A stretch of 51,798 bases of DNA from Nitrospiraceae bacterium (GCA_037442105.1 JBBIQV010000019.1:1-51798), one strand, 5' to 3'. Positions 39,430 to 48,535 are shown, counted from the stretch's first letter. Notes: generated by a model not told the origin, from the letters alone. Numbers and translations are program-made.

Positions 39430-39654
39430 ATGCAGTGCACTCGTTGCGAAGGACTCATGGTCACAGATCACCTTCTCGATATGCAGGAGAGCTACGGTCC
39501 GATGTGGATGCGGGGCTGGCGCTGTGTGTCGTGCGGGAACGTGGTCGATCCCTTGATCCAGAGAAATCGCATGCGGCAAAATTCGCCAGGCGCTCGCGCC
39601 CCTGTGTCGTCGATCGAAGCGCAGCCGAGCGGGCTTGATAAACTCATTGCTTGA
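39430..39654 (+). CDS. Small Zn-ribbon protein (CxxC...WRCxxCG)
   Basis: SD AAGGAGGT; MQCTRCEGLM...GWRCVSCGNVVDPLI. Confidence 0.8.
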   Translation: MQCTRCEGLMVTDHLLDMQESYGPMWMRGWRCVSCGNVVDPLIQRNRMRQNSPGARAPVSSIEAQPSGLDKLIA

Positions 39655-39700
39655 GGGCGGAAGCCCTCGCGCCGGTGAAACGCTAGCGGACCACCTCGGC

Positions 39701-39800
39701 NNNNNNNNNNNNNNNNNNNNNNNNNNNNNNNNNNNNNNNNNNNNNNNNNNNNNNNNNNNNNNNNNNNNNNNNNNNNNNNNNNNNNNNNNNNNNNNNNNNN
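39701..39800. other. Scaffold gap (100 N)
   Basis: Run of N; true length and adjacency are unknown. Confidence 1.
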
Positions 39801-39959
39801 CGGCAATCCCATAATATACCTCCGTTAGGCACGGGCGTATGACCGCGATCTTCTCGCCTTCCCTCTCTCTTCATGCCATACGCGGCGCTTGCATGCAAGG
39901 TACCCCTGCGCTAGAGTCCACGGGGCTTGGCAATCTAATCGGGCTGACCCTTATTATCC

Positions 39960-41528
39960 ATGTCACTCTTCGATACAAGCATGCTGTCATTGCTGCTGCG
40001 CGAGTTTCGTCGGTCAATGAAAGGCTTGCTCACGGACCTCTGCGACGATTTGGAACAACATTATCCTCAGTCCGTGCGGCAACTCGGCTTGCCGCTCGGA
40101 TTCTTTCGGCTGCTGGGGCGTTCGTTCAAGAACGAGGACTATTCGGGTTGGAAGGTCGTCGGCTGGATCGAAGCGGTGAATGACCTGGTCTACTTTATCG
40201 ATCTTCGGGACCAATTGTGCCGGGACCAAGAGCCGGCCGGATTTGCGGAGCAACTCTATGCGGAGTGCGAAGAGAAGTTTTACGAGAATAGCTATTTGGA
40301 AGAGCTATTTCCCGCCGGCCGGCCGGAAGTGCGCGGTTTAGACCGCCGGTTGCAAAGGTTGTGTGCCAGACTCGGGCAGGAGGTGCTTCAGGAATCGCTG
40401 TTCTTCTTCCCTGATTTGCCGTGTCGATGGGTCGCGAGCAGGCAGCGAGGTGAATGGCTGGTGCCGGCGGATCTCGCTCCTAATTTCGAGCGAGCCGAGC
40501 TTGGCGGCACGGTCTCGATCGGAGTGGACGGTGCCTTTGCGGCACTATCCGCCGAGCTGTTGACGAAGATCCTGCACTCACGGGCGCGTCCCTCGTTCCT
40601 TATTCGCCCTCAGGGGGTTTGGCTGGTCGCAAGACGGCTGCGATCCACTCTCTTCACATGTCAGGCCGGCGTCACCTGGGAATGGCCGGTGCATGATCCC
40701 GTCCGTCTCCGCCGGGAGTTTGGGAACGGGATCACGGTTGGGCCCACACTGGTCTATGGAAAAAAGAAATTCCCGGTAGCAGTCAAACTGACGCCGAGCG
40801 CAGTGGCTGAAAGAATCAACCGGGCGCTTGTTACCATCGAACAGGCTTGGCCGGAGGGGCAAGCGGTGCTCGCACTCTTGACCTCCCGGATCATTCCACT
40901 CCGGGCAAAAGGCGTGGTGAGCTTTAGCTATCGCCACTGTCCCGGCTTATCCTTTCTCAACTGCTTCGACCGCGATGACTTCGACCTGATCGACGATCTC
41001 ATCCACGAAAACAGTCATCATCATTTGAATCTCCTCTTACGCAAGCATGTGCTGTATCGAGGGGACCGGAATCGCGAAATCTTTTATTCGCCTTGGAGGC
41101 GGAGTCTGCGCCCGCTCCGGGGCATTCTGCACGCCGCCTTCACCTTCACGATGGGAGCCTTGCTCTTCGAGCGGTTGGCGGCATGGGGGGCGAGGGGCAA
41201 GGGGCAAGGGACGAAGGGGCGGGAGTCAGAACGACTCACCGAACGTGAGGTGCTTCGCGCGAGGTTGCGCTGTCTCGAAGAAGTGGAATCGGTGCGCTAC
41301 TCGATACAGGATTTGAATTATGCATCGCGGCACCTGGGCTGGCTTACCGGCTCAGGTCAACGGCTGGTCGGACAACTTGCAGGGGCAATCGGCAAGATTG
41401 AGCGGAAAATGGCGCCTCATAAGAAAGAGGTCATCCGTTCAACGTTCGGTCCCGCCCTCCGTCGCCATGAGGAAGAACTTCAACGAGCCCGCATGACGTA
41501 CGGACCGGTGCGGCTCGGTAAGGTATAG
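39960..41528 (+). CDS. HEXXH-motif protein, aKG-HExxH peptide beta-hydroxylase-like
   Basis: LIHENSHHHL plus FYSPWRRSLRPLRGILHA (PWRxxxRP and third His). Confidence 0.8.
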   Translation: MSLFDTSMLSLLLREFRRSMKGLLTDLCDDLEQHYPQSVRQLGLPLGFFRLLGRSFKNEDYSGWKVVGWIEAVNDLVYFIDLRDQLCRDQEPAGFAEQLYAECEEKFYENSYLEELFPAGRPEVRGLDRRLQRLCARLGQEVLQESLFFFPDLPCRWVASRQRGEWLVPADLAPNFERAELGGTVSIGVDGAFAALSAELLTKILHSRARPSFLIRPQGVWLVARRLRSTLFTCQAGVTWEWPVHDPVRLRREFGNGITVGPTLVYGKKKFPVAVKLTPSAVAERINRALVTIEQAWPEGQAVLALLTSRIIPLRAKGVVSFSYRHCPGLSFLNCFDRDDFDLIDDLIHENSHHHLNLLLRKHVLYRGDRNREIFYSPWRRSLRPLRGILHAAFTFTMGALLFERLAAWGARGKGQGTKGRESERLTEREVLRARLRCLEEVESVRYSIQDLNYASRHLGWLTGSGQRLVGQLAGAIGKIERKMAPHKKEVIRSTFGPALRRHEEELQRARMTYGPVRLGKV

Positions 41529-41531
41529 GGA

Positions 41532-42542
41532 TCAAATCTTGACCATGCGTGTTGCTACGGACTGTTTGTAATCAACCTCGATGTGAAATCCGAGGTCTTC
41601 GACCATCTGCCACATCTCGGGGGCCGGCTGACCAGGGGTGGTGAGATAGCCGTTCACGAAGACGGAGTCGGCGGGATAGAGCGCCAGCGGTTGCAGGCTT
41701 CGCAGGTTGTGTTCGCGTCCACCAGCGATGCGAATTTCTGTGCGCGGGTGGAGGAAGCGGAAGAGGCACAGGACCTTGAGGCATCGTTGTGGAGTAAGAT
41801 CGCGGCACTGCTCCATCGGCGTTCCTTCTACGGGGTGCAGGGTATTGATGGGAATGGAATCGGGCTTCACCTCTCGCAGCGCCAGTGCCAGGTCGACCAC
41901 ATCCTCGTCTCGTTCTCCCATGCCTACGATGCCACCGGAGCAGATTTCCAGGCCGGCGATACGTGCGTGGCGGATGGTGGTGAGGCGGTCCTGGAATGTA
42001 TGCGTGGTGCAGATCGATGAGTGATAGGCCTCGCTGGTGTTTAGGTTATGATTGATTCGGTCGACCCCGGCGGCCTTCAACTTTTTGGCCTGGTCCTCGT
42101 TCAAGAGACCCAGTGAACAACAGATCTGAATCGGCACCTCCTGTTTGATAGCCGTCACGGCGCCGGCGATTTCTTCAATTTCCCGATCAAGCGGACTGCG
42201 TCCGCTGATGACGATGCAGTATCGCTGGGCCTTCGAGGCAGCCGCTTTTCTCGCCCCCTCGACCATCTGAGTCCGCGGCAGCAGACTATACCGCTCAATA
42301 GGAGCGGTGGAGACGGCGGATTGCGAACAATAATGGCAATCCTCCTGACAGGCCCCGCTCTTGGCGTTCTGCAACATCTGCAGGCGAACCGTCTTGCCGA
42401 AGTATCGCTCGCGCACTCTGAAGGCGGCGTGCAACAGCTCAAGGAGTCGCTCGTCCGGAGCCTGAAGCACGTCAAGACATTCTGCCCTCGTCAAGACGTC
42501 ATCGCATAGGGCTTTCTCGGCTAGTTGCTGGAAGTCAGTCAT
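41532..42542 (-). CDS. bioB: Biotin synthase
   Basis: NAKSGACQEDCHYCSQS, NHNLNTS, CSGGIVGMGE, IRIAGGRE, NGYLTT. Confidence 0.95.
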   Translation of the reverse strand: MTDFQQLAEKALCDDVLTRAECLDVLQAPDERLLELLHAAFRVRERYFGKTVRLQMLQNAKSGACQEDCHYCSQSAVSTAPIERYSLLPRTQMVEGARKAAASKAQRYCIVISGRSPLDREIEEIAGAVTAIKQEVPIQICCSLGLLNEDQAKKLKAAGVDRINHNLNTSEAYHSSICTTHTFQDRLTTIRHARIAGLEICSGGIVGMGERDEDVVDLALALREVKPDSIPINTLHPVEGTPMEQCRDLTPQRCLKVLCLFRFLHPRTEIRIAGGREHNLRSLQPLALYPADSVFVNGYLTTPGQPAPEMWQMVEDLGFHIEVDYKQSVATRMVKI

Positions 42543-42643
42543 GGGTTTCTCCAACAGGGCGAGCGAGTCTTGGCTGGTTCAAGACTCGCTCGCGGCACAT
42601 GAATGGATTGGCTGTTCAGATCGAACGAAACAGGTGCACGAAC

Positions 42644-44044
42644 CTACACGGTTTCAAAAGGAGATGCAATGCCTTGGTAGGGGATCGTGGGGAGGGTGGG
42701 GGCGCCTGTGTCCTGATCGGTCGGAGTTTTAGTCGCATCCAGCCACGGCAGGGCGGCATAGGTGTTCCAGAGCCCGCAGCGGCGACACCGACCCGACCAG
42801 TCGGGCAACTGGTGCTGGCAATGGGTGCAGACGTAGGGGACGACTACGCGCTTGCGGAAGCCGAGGGCTTTTTTCAGTTCGGTGACGGCTTCTGCCATGT
42901 GCTGCTTTCGCAGATACAGGTTGGCCATGATTTTGTGGTACTCGACGAGCTGGTCCTGCGGCCCTTCCAGCGTGGAGAGGACATCGAACGCTTCATCGAC
43001 CATCTCAAGACGATAATACAACTTTCCCAAGTAAAACCGCAGAACCGGATTGTGCGGATCTTGCTGGAGCGCTTCCTGATAGACCTGAATGACCTCGGTC
43101 GGTTCCCCCAGTTCCAGATAAAGTTCTTCCAGGCGATGGAGGATGATCACGCTTTTTGTCTTCCGATAGACTTTCTTGAGAATCTCGACCGCGTTCTTGA
43201 TCTTCCCTTCGCGGATCAGAATCTCGCCCAGGCCGATGTAGGCGGGCAGGAACCCGCGATCTTTCTTGATGGCGCCGCGGAAATACCGCCGTGCCTTGTC
43301 GGGGTGCCCACGCTCCAGCAGTTGCCGGCCGACTTCATACAGGCAGCCGACGAGGAGATTGGTCTCTGCGCGCCGTTCCGTCTCGGGCAGGTGGGCTTTC
43401 AGAAGCCGCTGCTGAATTTCGAGCGCGTCGGTCCACTGCTCGAGCCGACTCAGCAGATCCCGCTTGCGAATGAGCGCGGTCAGATTGTCGGGCTCGATGC
43501 GCAGAATCTTTCGCAGCGCTTGCAAGGCCTCCTCGTAGCGCTTCGCGCTTTCGAGATCTTTCGCGAGTTCGAACAGCACCTCGATGTTCCGATCCTCGAT
43601 CCGGTGCGCGTGTTGGTGCAGGCGGATCGCTTCGGCGAAATTATTTTCTGAACGGTAGATGTTCCCCAGCCAGAGTAAAGAGTCCGTCCGGTTGGGATCG
43701 ATGGACAATGCTTTTTCGAATAACCCGATCGCCTCAGTCGTTCGCTTGGACATAAAGGCCAGGGTGCCTTCCCGGTGCAGCGCATCGACCTTCTCCTTGC
43801 GCCGGACCAGCCGATTGCCGCGCCAGTTGCCGATCAGATGAGTCGTCTCGCGGATACCGACCAGCAGCGTCACTAGGACAGCGCCCGCCGCCATCGAGAT
43901 CAGCACCAGCGAGACCGGGCTGAGGTTGAATGAATCGGTTGGGTTGATCCGAATCGTTATCGTGCCGGGGTTCAGTTCCTGGAAGTAGCTGTAAATAAAA
44001 ATCCCGGCGCTGGCGAGGAAAATGGTGAGCAAGAGACGAAACAT
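42644..44044 (-). CDS. lapB: LapA-like membrane segment fused to a LapB-like TPR plus rubredoxin domain
   Basis: Two N-terminal TM segments, TPR array with AIRLHQ, C-terminal YVCTHC...WSGRCRRCGLWNT. Confidence 0.72.
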   Translation of the reverse strand: MFRLLLTIFLASAGIFIYSYFQELNPGTITIRINPTDSFNLSPVSLVLISMAAGAVLVTLLVGIRETTHLIGNWRGNRLVRRKEKVDALHREGTLAFMSKRTTEAIGLFEKALSIDPNRTDSLLWLGNIYRSENNFAEAIRLHQHAHRIEDRNIEVLFELAKDLESAKRYEEALQALRKILRIEPDNLTALIRKRDLLSRLEQWTDALEIQQRLLKAHLPETERRAETNLLVGCLYEVGRQLLERGHPDKARRYFRGAIKKDRGFLPAYIGLGEILIREGKIKNAVEILKKVYRKTKSVIILHRLEELYLELGEPTEVIQVYQEALQQDPHNPVLRFYLGKLYYRLEMVDEAFDVLSTLEGPQDQLVEYHKIMANLYLRKQHMAEAVTELKKALGFRKRVVVPYVCTHCQHQLPDWSGRCRRCGLWNTYAALPWLDATKTPTDQDTGAPTLPTIPYQGIASPFETV

Positions 44045-44047
44045 TGA

Positions 44048-44470
44048 TCAACCCTCATGGCGCACTCGAGAGGTGCGCGGCTTTACCGGGGAGCGAACCG
44101 GGGAAGACCGTTCAGGGCGTTCACCTGGTAGCCGCACACGGGGCGCGTCGCCCCACAGTTTCTCGATGGCGTAGTGCTCGCGGATATCATGTTTGAAAAT
44201 ATGAACGACCACGTCGCCGAAGTCCATGAGAATCCAATTCGAGGACGAAATTCCCTCGATACTCAGTGGAGCATGGCCTTGCTCGGACAGCGTGCTGTTG
44301 ATGTGGTCGGCGATCGCCCGTGCTTGTCGTTCCGATTCGCCGGAACAGAGGACTAAGTAATCGGCAACCGAGGTCAGTTTCGCAACGTGGAGGATGAGGA
44401 CATCGGAGGCTTTCTTGTCGAGGGTCGCCCTTGCGACGGCGAGGGCCTTAGCCTTGGACTCCGGTACGAT
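44048..44470 (-). CDS. rsfS: Ribosome silencing factor (Iojap/RsfS), absent from the ORF track; probable ATC start
   Basis: Manual translation gives DKKASDV...VADYLVLCSG...WILMDFGDVVVHIF...YAIEKLWGDA; follows nadD as usual. Confidence 0.9.
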   Translation of the reverse strand: MVPESKAKALAVARATLDKKASDVLILHVAKLTSVADYLVLCSGESERQARAIADHINSTLSEQGHAPLSIEGISSSNWILMDFGDVVVHIFKHDIREHYAIEKLWGDAPRVRLPGERPERSSPVRSPVKPRTSRVRHEG

Positions 44471-45140
44471 TCGCGTCCTCCCGATATAATCCGTGCCGAA
44501 TTATATAGGATTCAACGGGGGGCGGCAACACATTTGCCAGGCTCTCACGTCGATGAAGCCGATTCCGAATGTCTGAAGCCGAGACCTCGCAGGGGGGAAG
44601 GTGCAGCAGCGTCACGACAGCGGCTGGCGCGATTGGAACATCCAGCCGGTCCTGGCTTTGACCGTCGAGAGCGGCCAGCGAGGTTTCTGGAATAGGAGGG
44701 AGCAGAGGCATAGTGGCGAGAAGCCGAAACGACAGTCCGGGGCGGGAGACGACGACGAAATGGCACGCGCGCAAGAGCTGAGCGGCCTCCTTCCAGCTAG
44801 GAAGATCGAGGAACGCATCGAGACCGATGATGAAAAACAGCTCGGCGCCCTCCCCCTGCTGGTCGCGCAAGGCGCGAATCGTGTCGATGGAATAGGATTT
44901 CCCGGTTCGCCGTACTTCGATGTCGGAAATGGCGAAGGTCCGATCGGCTTCGATGGTGAGGCGGACCATTTCGTAGCGATGAACCGCCGGCGCCAGCGAA
45001 CGCTCGGGTTTGTGCGGAGGATCGCCGGCTGGAATAAACAGCACGCGGTCCAGTTGCATCCGGTCGCGGACCAGCTCGGCAATCTGGAGATGGCAATTGT
45101 GGATCGGATTAAAACTTCCGCCGAGAAGACCAAGGCGCAT
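44448..45140 (-). CDS. nadD: Nicotinate-nucleotide adenylyltransferase
   Basis: GGSFNPIHNCH, PPHK, SYSIDT, IIGLDAF, VSASDIR. Confidence 0.95.
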   Translation of the reverse strand: MRLGLLGGSFNPIHNCHLQIAELVRDRMQLDRVLFIPAGDPPHKPERSLAPAVHRYEMVRLTIEADRTFAISDIEVRRTGKSYSIDTIRALRDQQGEGAELFFIIGLDAFLDLPSWKEAAQLLRACHFVVVSRPGLSFRLLATMPLLPPIPETSLAALDGQSQDRLDVPIAPAAVVTLLHLPPCEVSASDIRNRLHRRESLANVLPPPVESYIIRHGLYREDANRTGVQG

Positions 45141-45147
45141 GGTAACC

Positions 45148-45227
45148 AGGTCCAGGTTGAGGCTGAGGTTAAGAAGAGTGGAACACGAAAATCTCTCTCG
45201 AAGTGTTCTCGGCCTCAGCCTGGATCT
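45148..45227. repeat. Hexamer-built inverted repeat between proB and nadD
   Basis: AGGTCCAGGTTGAGGCTGAG and CTCGGCCTCAGCCTGGATCT; three G.T wobbles on the plus strand. Confidence 0.75.
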
Positions 45228-45233
45228 CAGCCT

Positions 45234-46355
45234 TCATAAGATCACCAGATTGTCTCGATGGATCACTTCCTCATATTCCTGAAGGCCGATGAGTTGCTGA
45301 ATCTCCGGGGTCTTGAGCCCCTTGATTCGGGACAGTGTGTCGGAAGAGAAATTCACCAGGCCTTTGGCGAATTCCTTTCCCTGGACATCGGTGCAGCTTA
45401 CGGGGTCTCCGGCGTCGAACTGGCCCGTGACATCGAGAATCCCTGATGCGAGTAAGCTTTTCCCGCGACGGGCAAGGGCTTCGACGGCGCCGTCGTCCAG
45501 CTTGACTTGGCCGCGCGCCCGCAACGTAAAGGCGATCCAATGCTTGCGGCTATTCAGGCGGCGGGACTTGGCCAAGAACAGGCTTCCGCCGGGTTTCCCT
45601 GAGAGCACGGCCGGCAGCAGGCCATCGGTTTGGCCGTTCAGAATCAGTGTCGCGACTCCATACTCCGCCACCTTCTTGGCAGCGCAGATTTTCGTGGCCA
45701 TGCCGCCGGTGCCTTCGAAGGTAGAAGACACCCCCGCACGCCGTTCGATATCCTCTGTAATCTCAGGAACCAGGGGGATGAGCGTCGCAGTCGGGTTTTT
45801 GCGGGGATCCTCCGTGAACAGGCCATCCACGTCGGAAAGGATGATCAGCAAGTCGGCATCCACCAGGTGGGCCACTTGGCCGGCCAGCGTGTCGTTGTCG
45901 CCAAACCGGATTTCCTCCACGGCGACCGTGTCGTTTTCGTTGATGACGGGGATCACCCCGAGTTCCAATAGCCTCTGCAAGGTATGGCGGGCGTTCAGGA
46001 AGCGACGGCGATCCGCCAAGTCCTGATGGGTGAGCAGGATTTGCGCGACCTTGAGACCAAGCCGCTCGAAGGCTTTCTCATAGGCCCACATGAGCCGACT
46101 TTGGCCCACGGCGGCGGCGGCCTGTTTTTCCGGCAGACTCTTCGGATACTCCCGCAGGCCGAGCTTCTTGATGCCGGACACGACGGCGCCGGAGGAGACA
46201 AGCAGGACCTCTCGCCCTGATTGGCGCAGGGAGGCAAGGTCAGTGGCGAGTCGCTCGATCCGTTCCGGTCGCAGGCCATGGGCGCGGGAAGCGATGAGGC
46301 TGCTGCCGATCTTGACCACCAGGCGCTTGGCGTGTGTCAGGAGTTCGTCTCGCAT
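45234..46355 (-). CDS. proB: Glutamate 5-kinase with PUA domain
   Basis: VVKIGSS, AAAAVGQ, INENDTV, FGDNDTL, GTGGMATK, EEVIHRDNL. Confidence 0.96.
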   Translation of the reverse strand: MRDELLTHAKRLVVKIGSSLIASRAHGLRPERIERLATDLASLRQSGREVLLVSSGAVVSGIKKLGLREYPKSLPEKQAAAAVGQSRLMWAYEKAFERLGLKVAQILLTHQDLADRRRFLNARHTLQRLLELGVIPVINENDTVAVEEIRFGDNDTLAGQVAHLVDADLLIILSDVDGLFTEDPRKNPTATLIPLVPEITEDIERRAGVSSTFEGTGGMATKICAAKKVAEYGVATLILNGQTDGLLPAVLSGKPGGSLFLAKSRRLNSRKHWIAFTLRARGQVKLDDGAVEALARRGKSLLASGILDVTGQFDAGDPVSCTDVQGKEFAKGLVNFSSDTLSRIKGLKTPEIQQLIGLQEYEEVIHRDNLVIL

Positions 46356-47362
46356 GGAGCCTTTCGCAGGGCCTCGACGCGCCGGCCGACGTACCGTACG
46401 AGCTCGTCGAGCCCCTCGCGTGTCACGGCCGAGATAGGAAGGAACTTCATCCGGCGCTGCTTGCAGTAGGCGCGCAACGATGCGACCCGCGTGCCGCTTC
46501 CTTGGATATCCATCTTGGTGCCCACCACCGCGAACGGCCTCGCGGCCAGCGAGCCGTCATAGGCCGCCAGTTCGTGGCGCATGACCTCGAAGCTCGTCAC
46601 AGGCTCCTCCGGCGCCCATTCCGAGACATCGACCAGATGAAGGAGAAATGAGGTGCGTTCGAGGTGACGGAGAAACTGGAAGCCAAGTCCCTTCCCCTCA
46701 TGCGCGCCTTCGATCAACCCCGGAATGTCGGCGACGACCAAACTACGATCCTCGCCCACCCGGACGACGCCCAAATTAGGCGTCAGCGTGGTAAAGGGGT
46801 AATCGGCGATCTTGGGGCGCGCGGACGAGATGGCGGCGATCAGCGTCGATTTGCCTGCGTTCGGGAATCCCACAAGTCCTATATCCGCCAGCAGTTTGAG
46901 TTCCAGCCTGAGCCAGCGTTCTTCTCCGGGCGTGCCGGGTTCGCAACGCGTCGGCACGCGGTTGGTCGACGTGGCGAAATGGGAATTGCCCCGCCCGCCG
47001 CGCCCACCGGTGGCCGCGATGTAGGCGTCGCCATCGGTTACCAAATCCGCCAGTAATTCGTTCGTTGCCTCATCGAACACCACGGTCCCGACGGGGACCG
47101 GGATCGTCACGTCTTCAGCGGTTTTCCCATGCCGGTTGCTGCCCTCGCCGGGGCGGCCCGCCTCTGCCTGGTAATGTTGCTGGTAACGCAGATCGAGGAG
47201 CGTGGTGAGCCGTTGCGATGCGAGCAGAATGACGTTGCCGCCGTCACCACCGTCGCCGCCATCCGGACCTCCGTGGGGGACAAACTTCTCCCGCCGGAAA
47301 CTGCACACGCCGTCTCCGCCGCGGCCCGCTTTCACGAAAATCCGAACTTCATCGACAAACAT
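46337..47362 (-). CDS. obgE: GTPase Obg/CgtA
   Basis: MFVDEV, GGPDGGDGG, GFPNAGKSTL, DYPFTTL, DIPGLIEGAH. Confidence 0.97.
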   Translation of the reverse strand: MFVDEVRIFVKAGRGGDGVCSFRREKFVPHGGPDGGDGGDGGNVILLASQRLTTLLDLRYQQHYQAEAGRPGEGSNRHGKTAEDVTIPVPVGTVVFDEATNELLADLVTDGDAYIAATGGRGGRGNSHFATSTNRVPTRCEPGTPGEERWLRLELKLLADIGLVGFPNAGKSTLIAAISSARPKIADYPFTTLTPNLGVVRVGEDRSLVVADIPGLIEGAHEGKGLGFQFLRHLERTSFLLHLVDVSEWAPEEPVTSFEVMRHELAAYDGSLAARPFAVVGTKMDIQGSGTRVASLRAYCKQRRMKFLPISAVTREGLDELVRYVGRRVEALRKAPCETNS

Positions 47363-47486
47363 GGAAACGACTCATGGTTGCATGGAGTAAGACTTTACCC
47401 AGAGGCAGTATATCCTACCTGCCGTAGCAGAAAAATGCCTCGTTACGGCCGCGGAAAAGAACCAACGTGGGTGGGAGAGGAGGGAA

Positions 47487-47750
47487 TCAGGATTTGGAGG
47501 GGACGGGATACACGCTGACTTTTCGTCTGGCTCGTCCACCTTCAAACTTCACCATGCCGGTCACGCGCGCGAAGAGCGTGTGGTCTCTCCCGAGATCGAC
47601 GTTGAAGCCTGGGAAAAACTTCGTGCCGCGCTGGCGGACGATGATGCTGCCGGCCTTGACCGTCTCGCCGCCGTAGGCCTTGACGCCGAGATACTGGGGA
47701 TTGCTGTCCCGACCGTTTCGTGACGATCCGCCGCCTTTATTCGTTGCCAT
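47487..47750 (-). CDS. rpmA: 50S ribosomal protein L27
   Basis: [26 protein letters not shown]. Confidence 0.97.
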   Translation of the reverse strand: MATNKGGGSSRNGRDSNPQYLGVKAYGGETVKAGSIIVRQRGTKFFPGFNVDLGRDHTLFARVTGMVKFEGGRARRKVSVYPVPSKS

Positions 47751-47769
47751 GGAAGGCCCTTTCTCTCAG

Positions 47770-48084
47770 TTATGCGGTTGCGATACCCGTGATCCGAATG
47801 CGCGTGAAGCCCTGGCGATGCCCCCTCGTCCTGCGGTAATTCTTCCGGCGCTTCTTCTTGAACACGCGGATGGAACGGGTCCGTCCATGTTTCATAATCT
47901 GCGCCGTGACGCGTGCGCCGGACACCAATGGCTGTCCCACGACCAGGCCCTGTTCGCCGTGCACCAGCCGGACTTGATCCAATTCGACCGTTCCACCCAC
48001 GTCACCAGGCAGCGTCTCGACTTGAAGGATGGCGCCTGGTTCGACGCGATATTGTTTTCCACCGGTCTCAACGATTGCATACAT
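47770..48084 (-). CDS. rplU: 50S ribosomal protein L21
   Basis: MYAIVETGGKQY, KKKRRKNYRRTRGHRQ. Confidence 0.97.
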   Translation of the reverse strand: MYAIVETGGKQYRVEPGAILQVETLPGDVGGTVELDQVRLVHGEQGLVVGQPLVSGARVTAQIMKHGRTRSIRVFKKKRRKNYRRTRGHRQGFTRIRITGIATA

Positions 48085-48112
48085 GTCGGAAACCTCCGTC
48101 CCAAGGAAGAAA

Positions 48113-48142
48113 CTTCTATCACACGATTTTGAAAAGTGTCAA
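48113..48142 (-). promoter_or_regulatory. Candidate sigma70 promoter of rplU-rpmA
   Basis: TTGACA, 18-nt spacer, TGa-TAGAAG on the minus strand. Confidence 0.55.
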
Positions 48143-48503
48143 GCAGGCCAACGCCTGATGCCGCCAGGCGACACCGGTGGCTCTGCGTGAACGCGGTGTG
48201 GATATTCCGAGAGTTTCTCGGCGATATGGGATCGCATTGAGAAGAATGACTCGGCTCTTTCTCCTTCCGATGAGGCGAGAGCGACAGTGGCCCGCATCTT
48301 GCTTGCGCGCCTGCCGGTCTGATCGCCTGGCTTCCCCCACAGGGCCCTTGCCTAGCAACCCACTCGGGGAGTAGAATTCCCTCGTCCGCATCGTTTGTTC
48401 CTGCCGCGAGGGCACGCGTCGCAGGACTCGCGAAAGGTGGTTCCCCATGGACCGCGGCGACATCCGACGCGTGCTCAGCTCGCTCCAAGCGGCCTCCCGC
48501 TTG

Positions 48504-48535
48504 CACTCACTCACTCACTCACTCACTCACTCACT
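48504..48535. repeat. (CACT)8 tetranucleotide microsatellite
   Basis: Eight perfect units. Confidence 0.95.

Noticed and set aside
39430..39654. Zn-ribbon protein as the HExxH precursor peptide
   Set aside because: It looks like a folded CxxC/CxxC metal-binding protein, and a scaffold gap makes the adjacency unproven
41532..42542. BioB as the radical SAM partner of the HExxH protein
   Set aside because: It has canonical biotin synthase motifs, no SPASM/RRE domain, and is on the opposite strand
47892..48514. ORFs of 131-204 aa upstream of rplU
   Set aside because: No recognisable motifs; they overlap the rplU gene or promoter and start in the microsatellite
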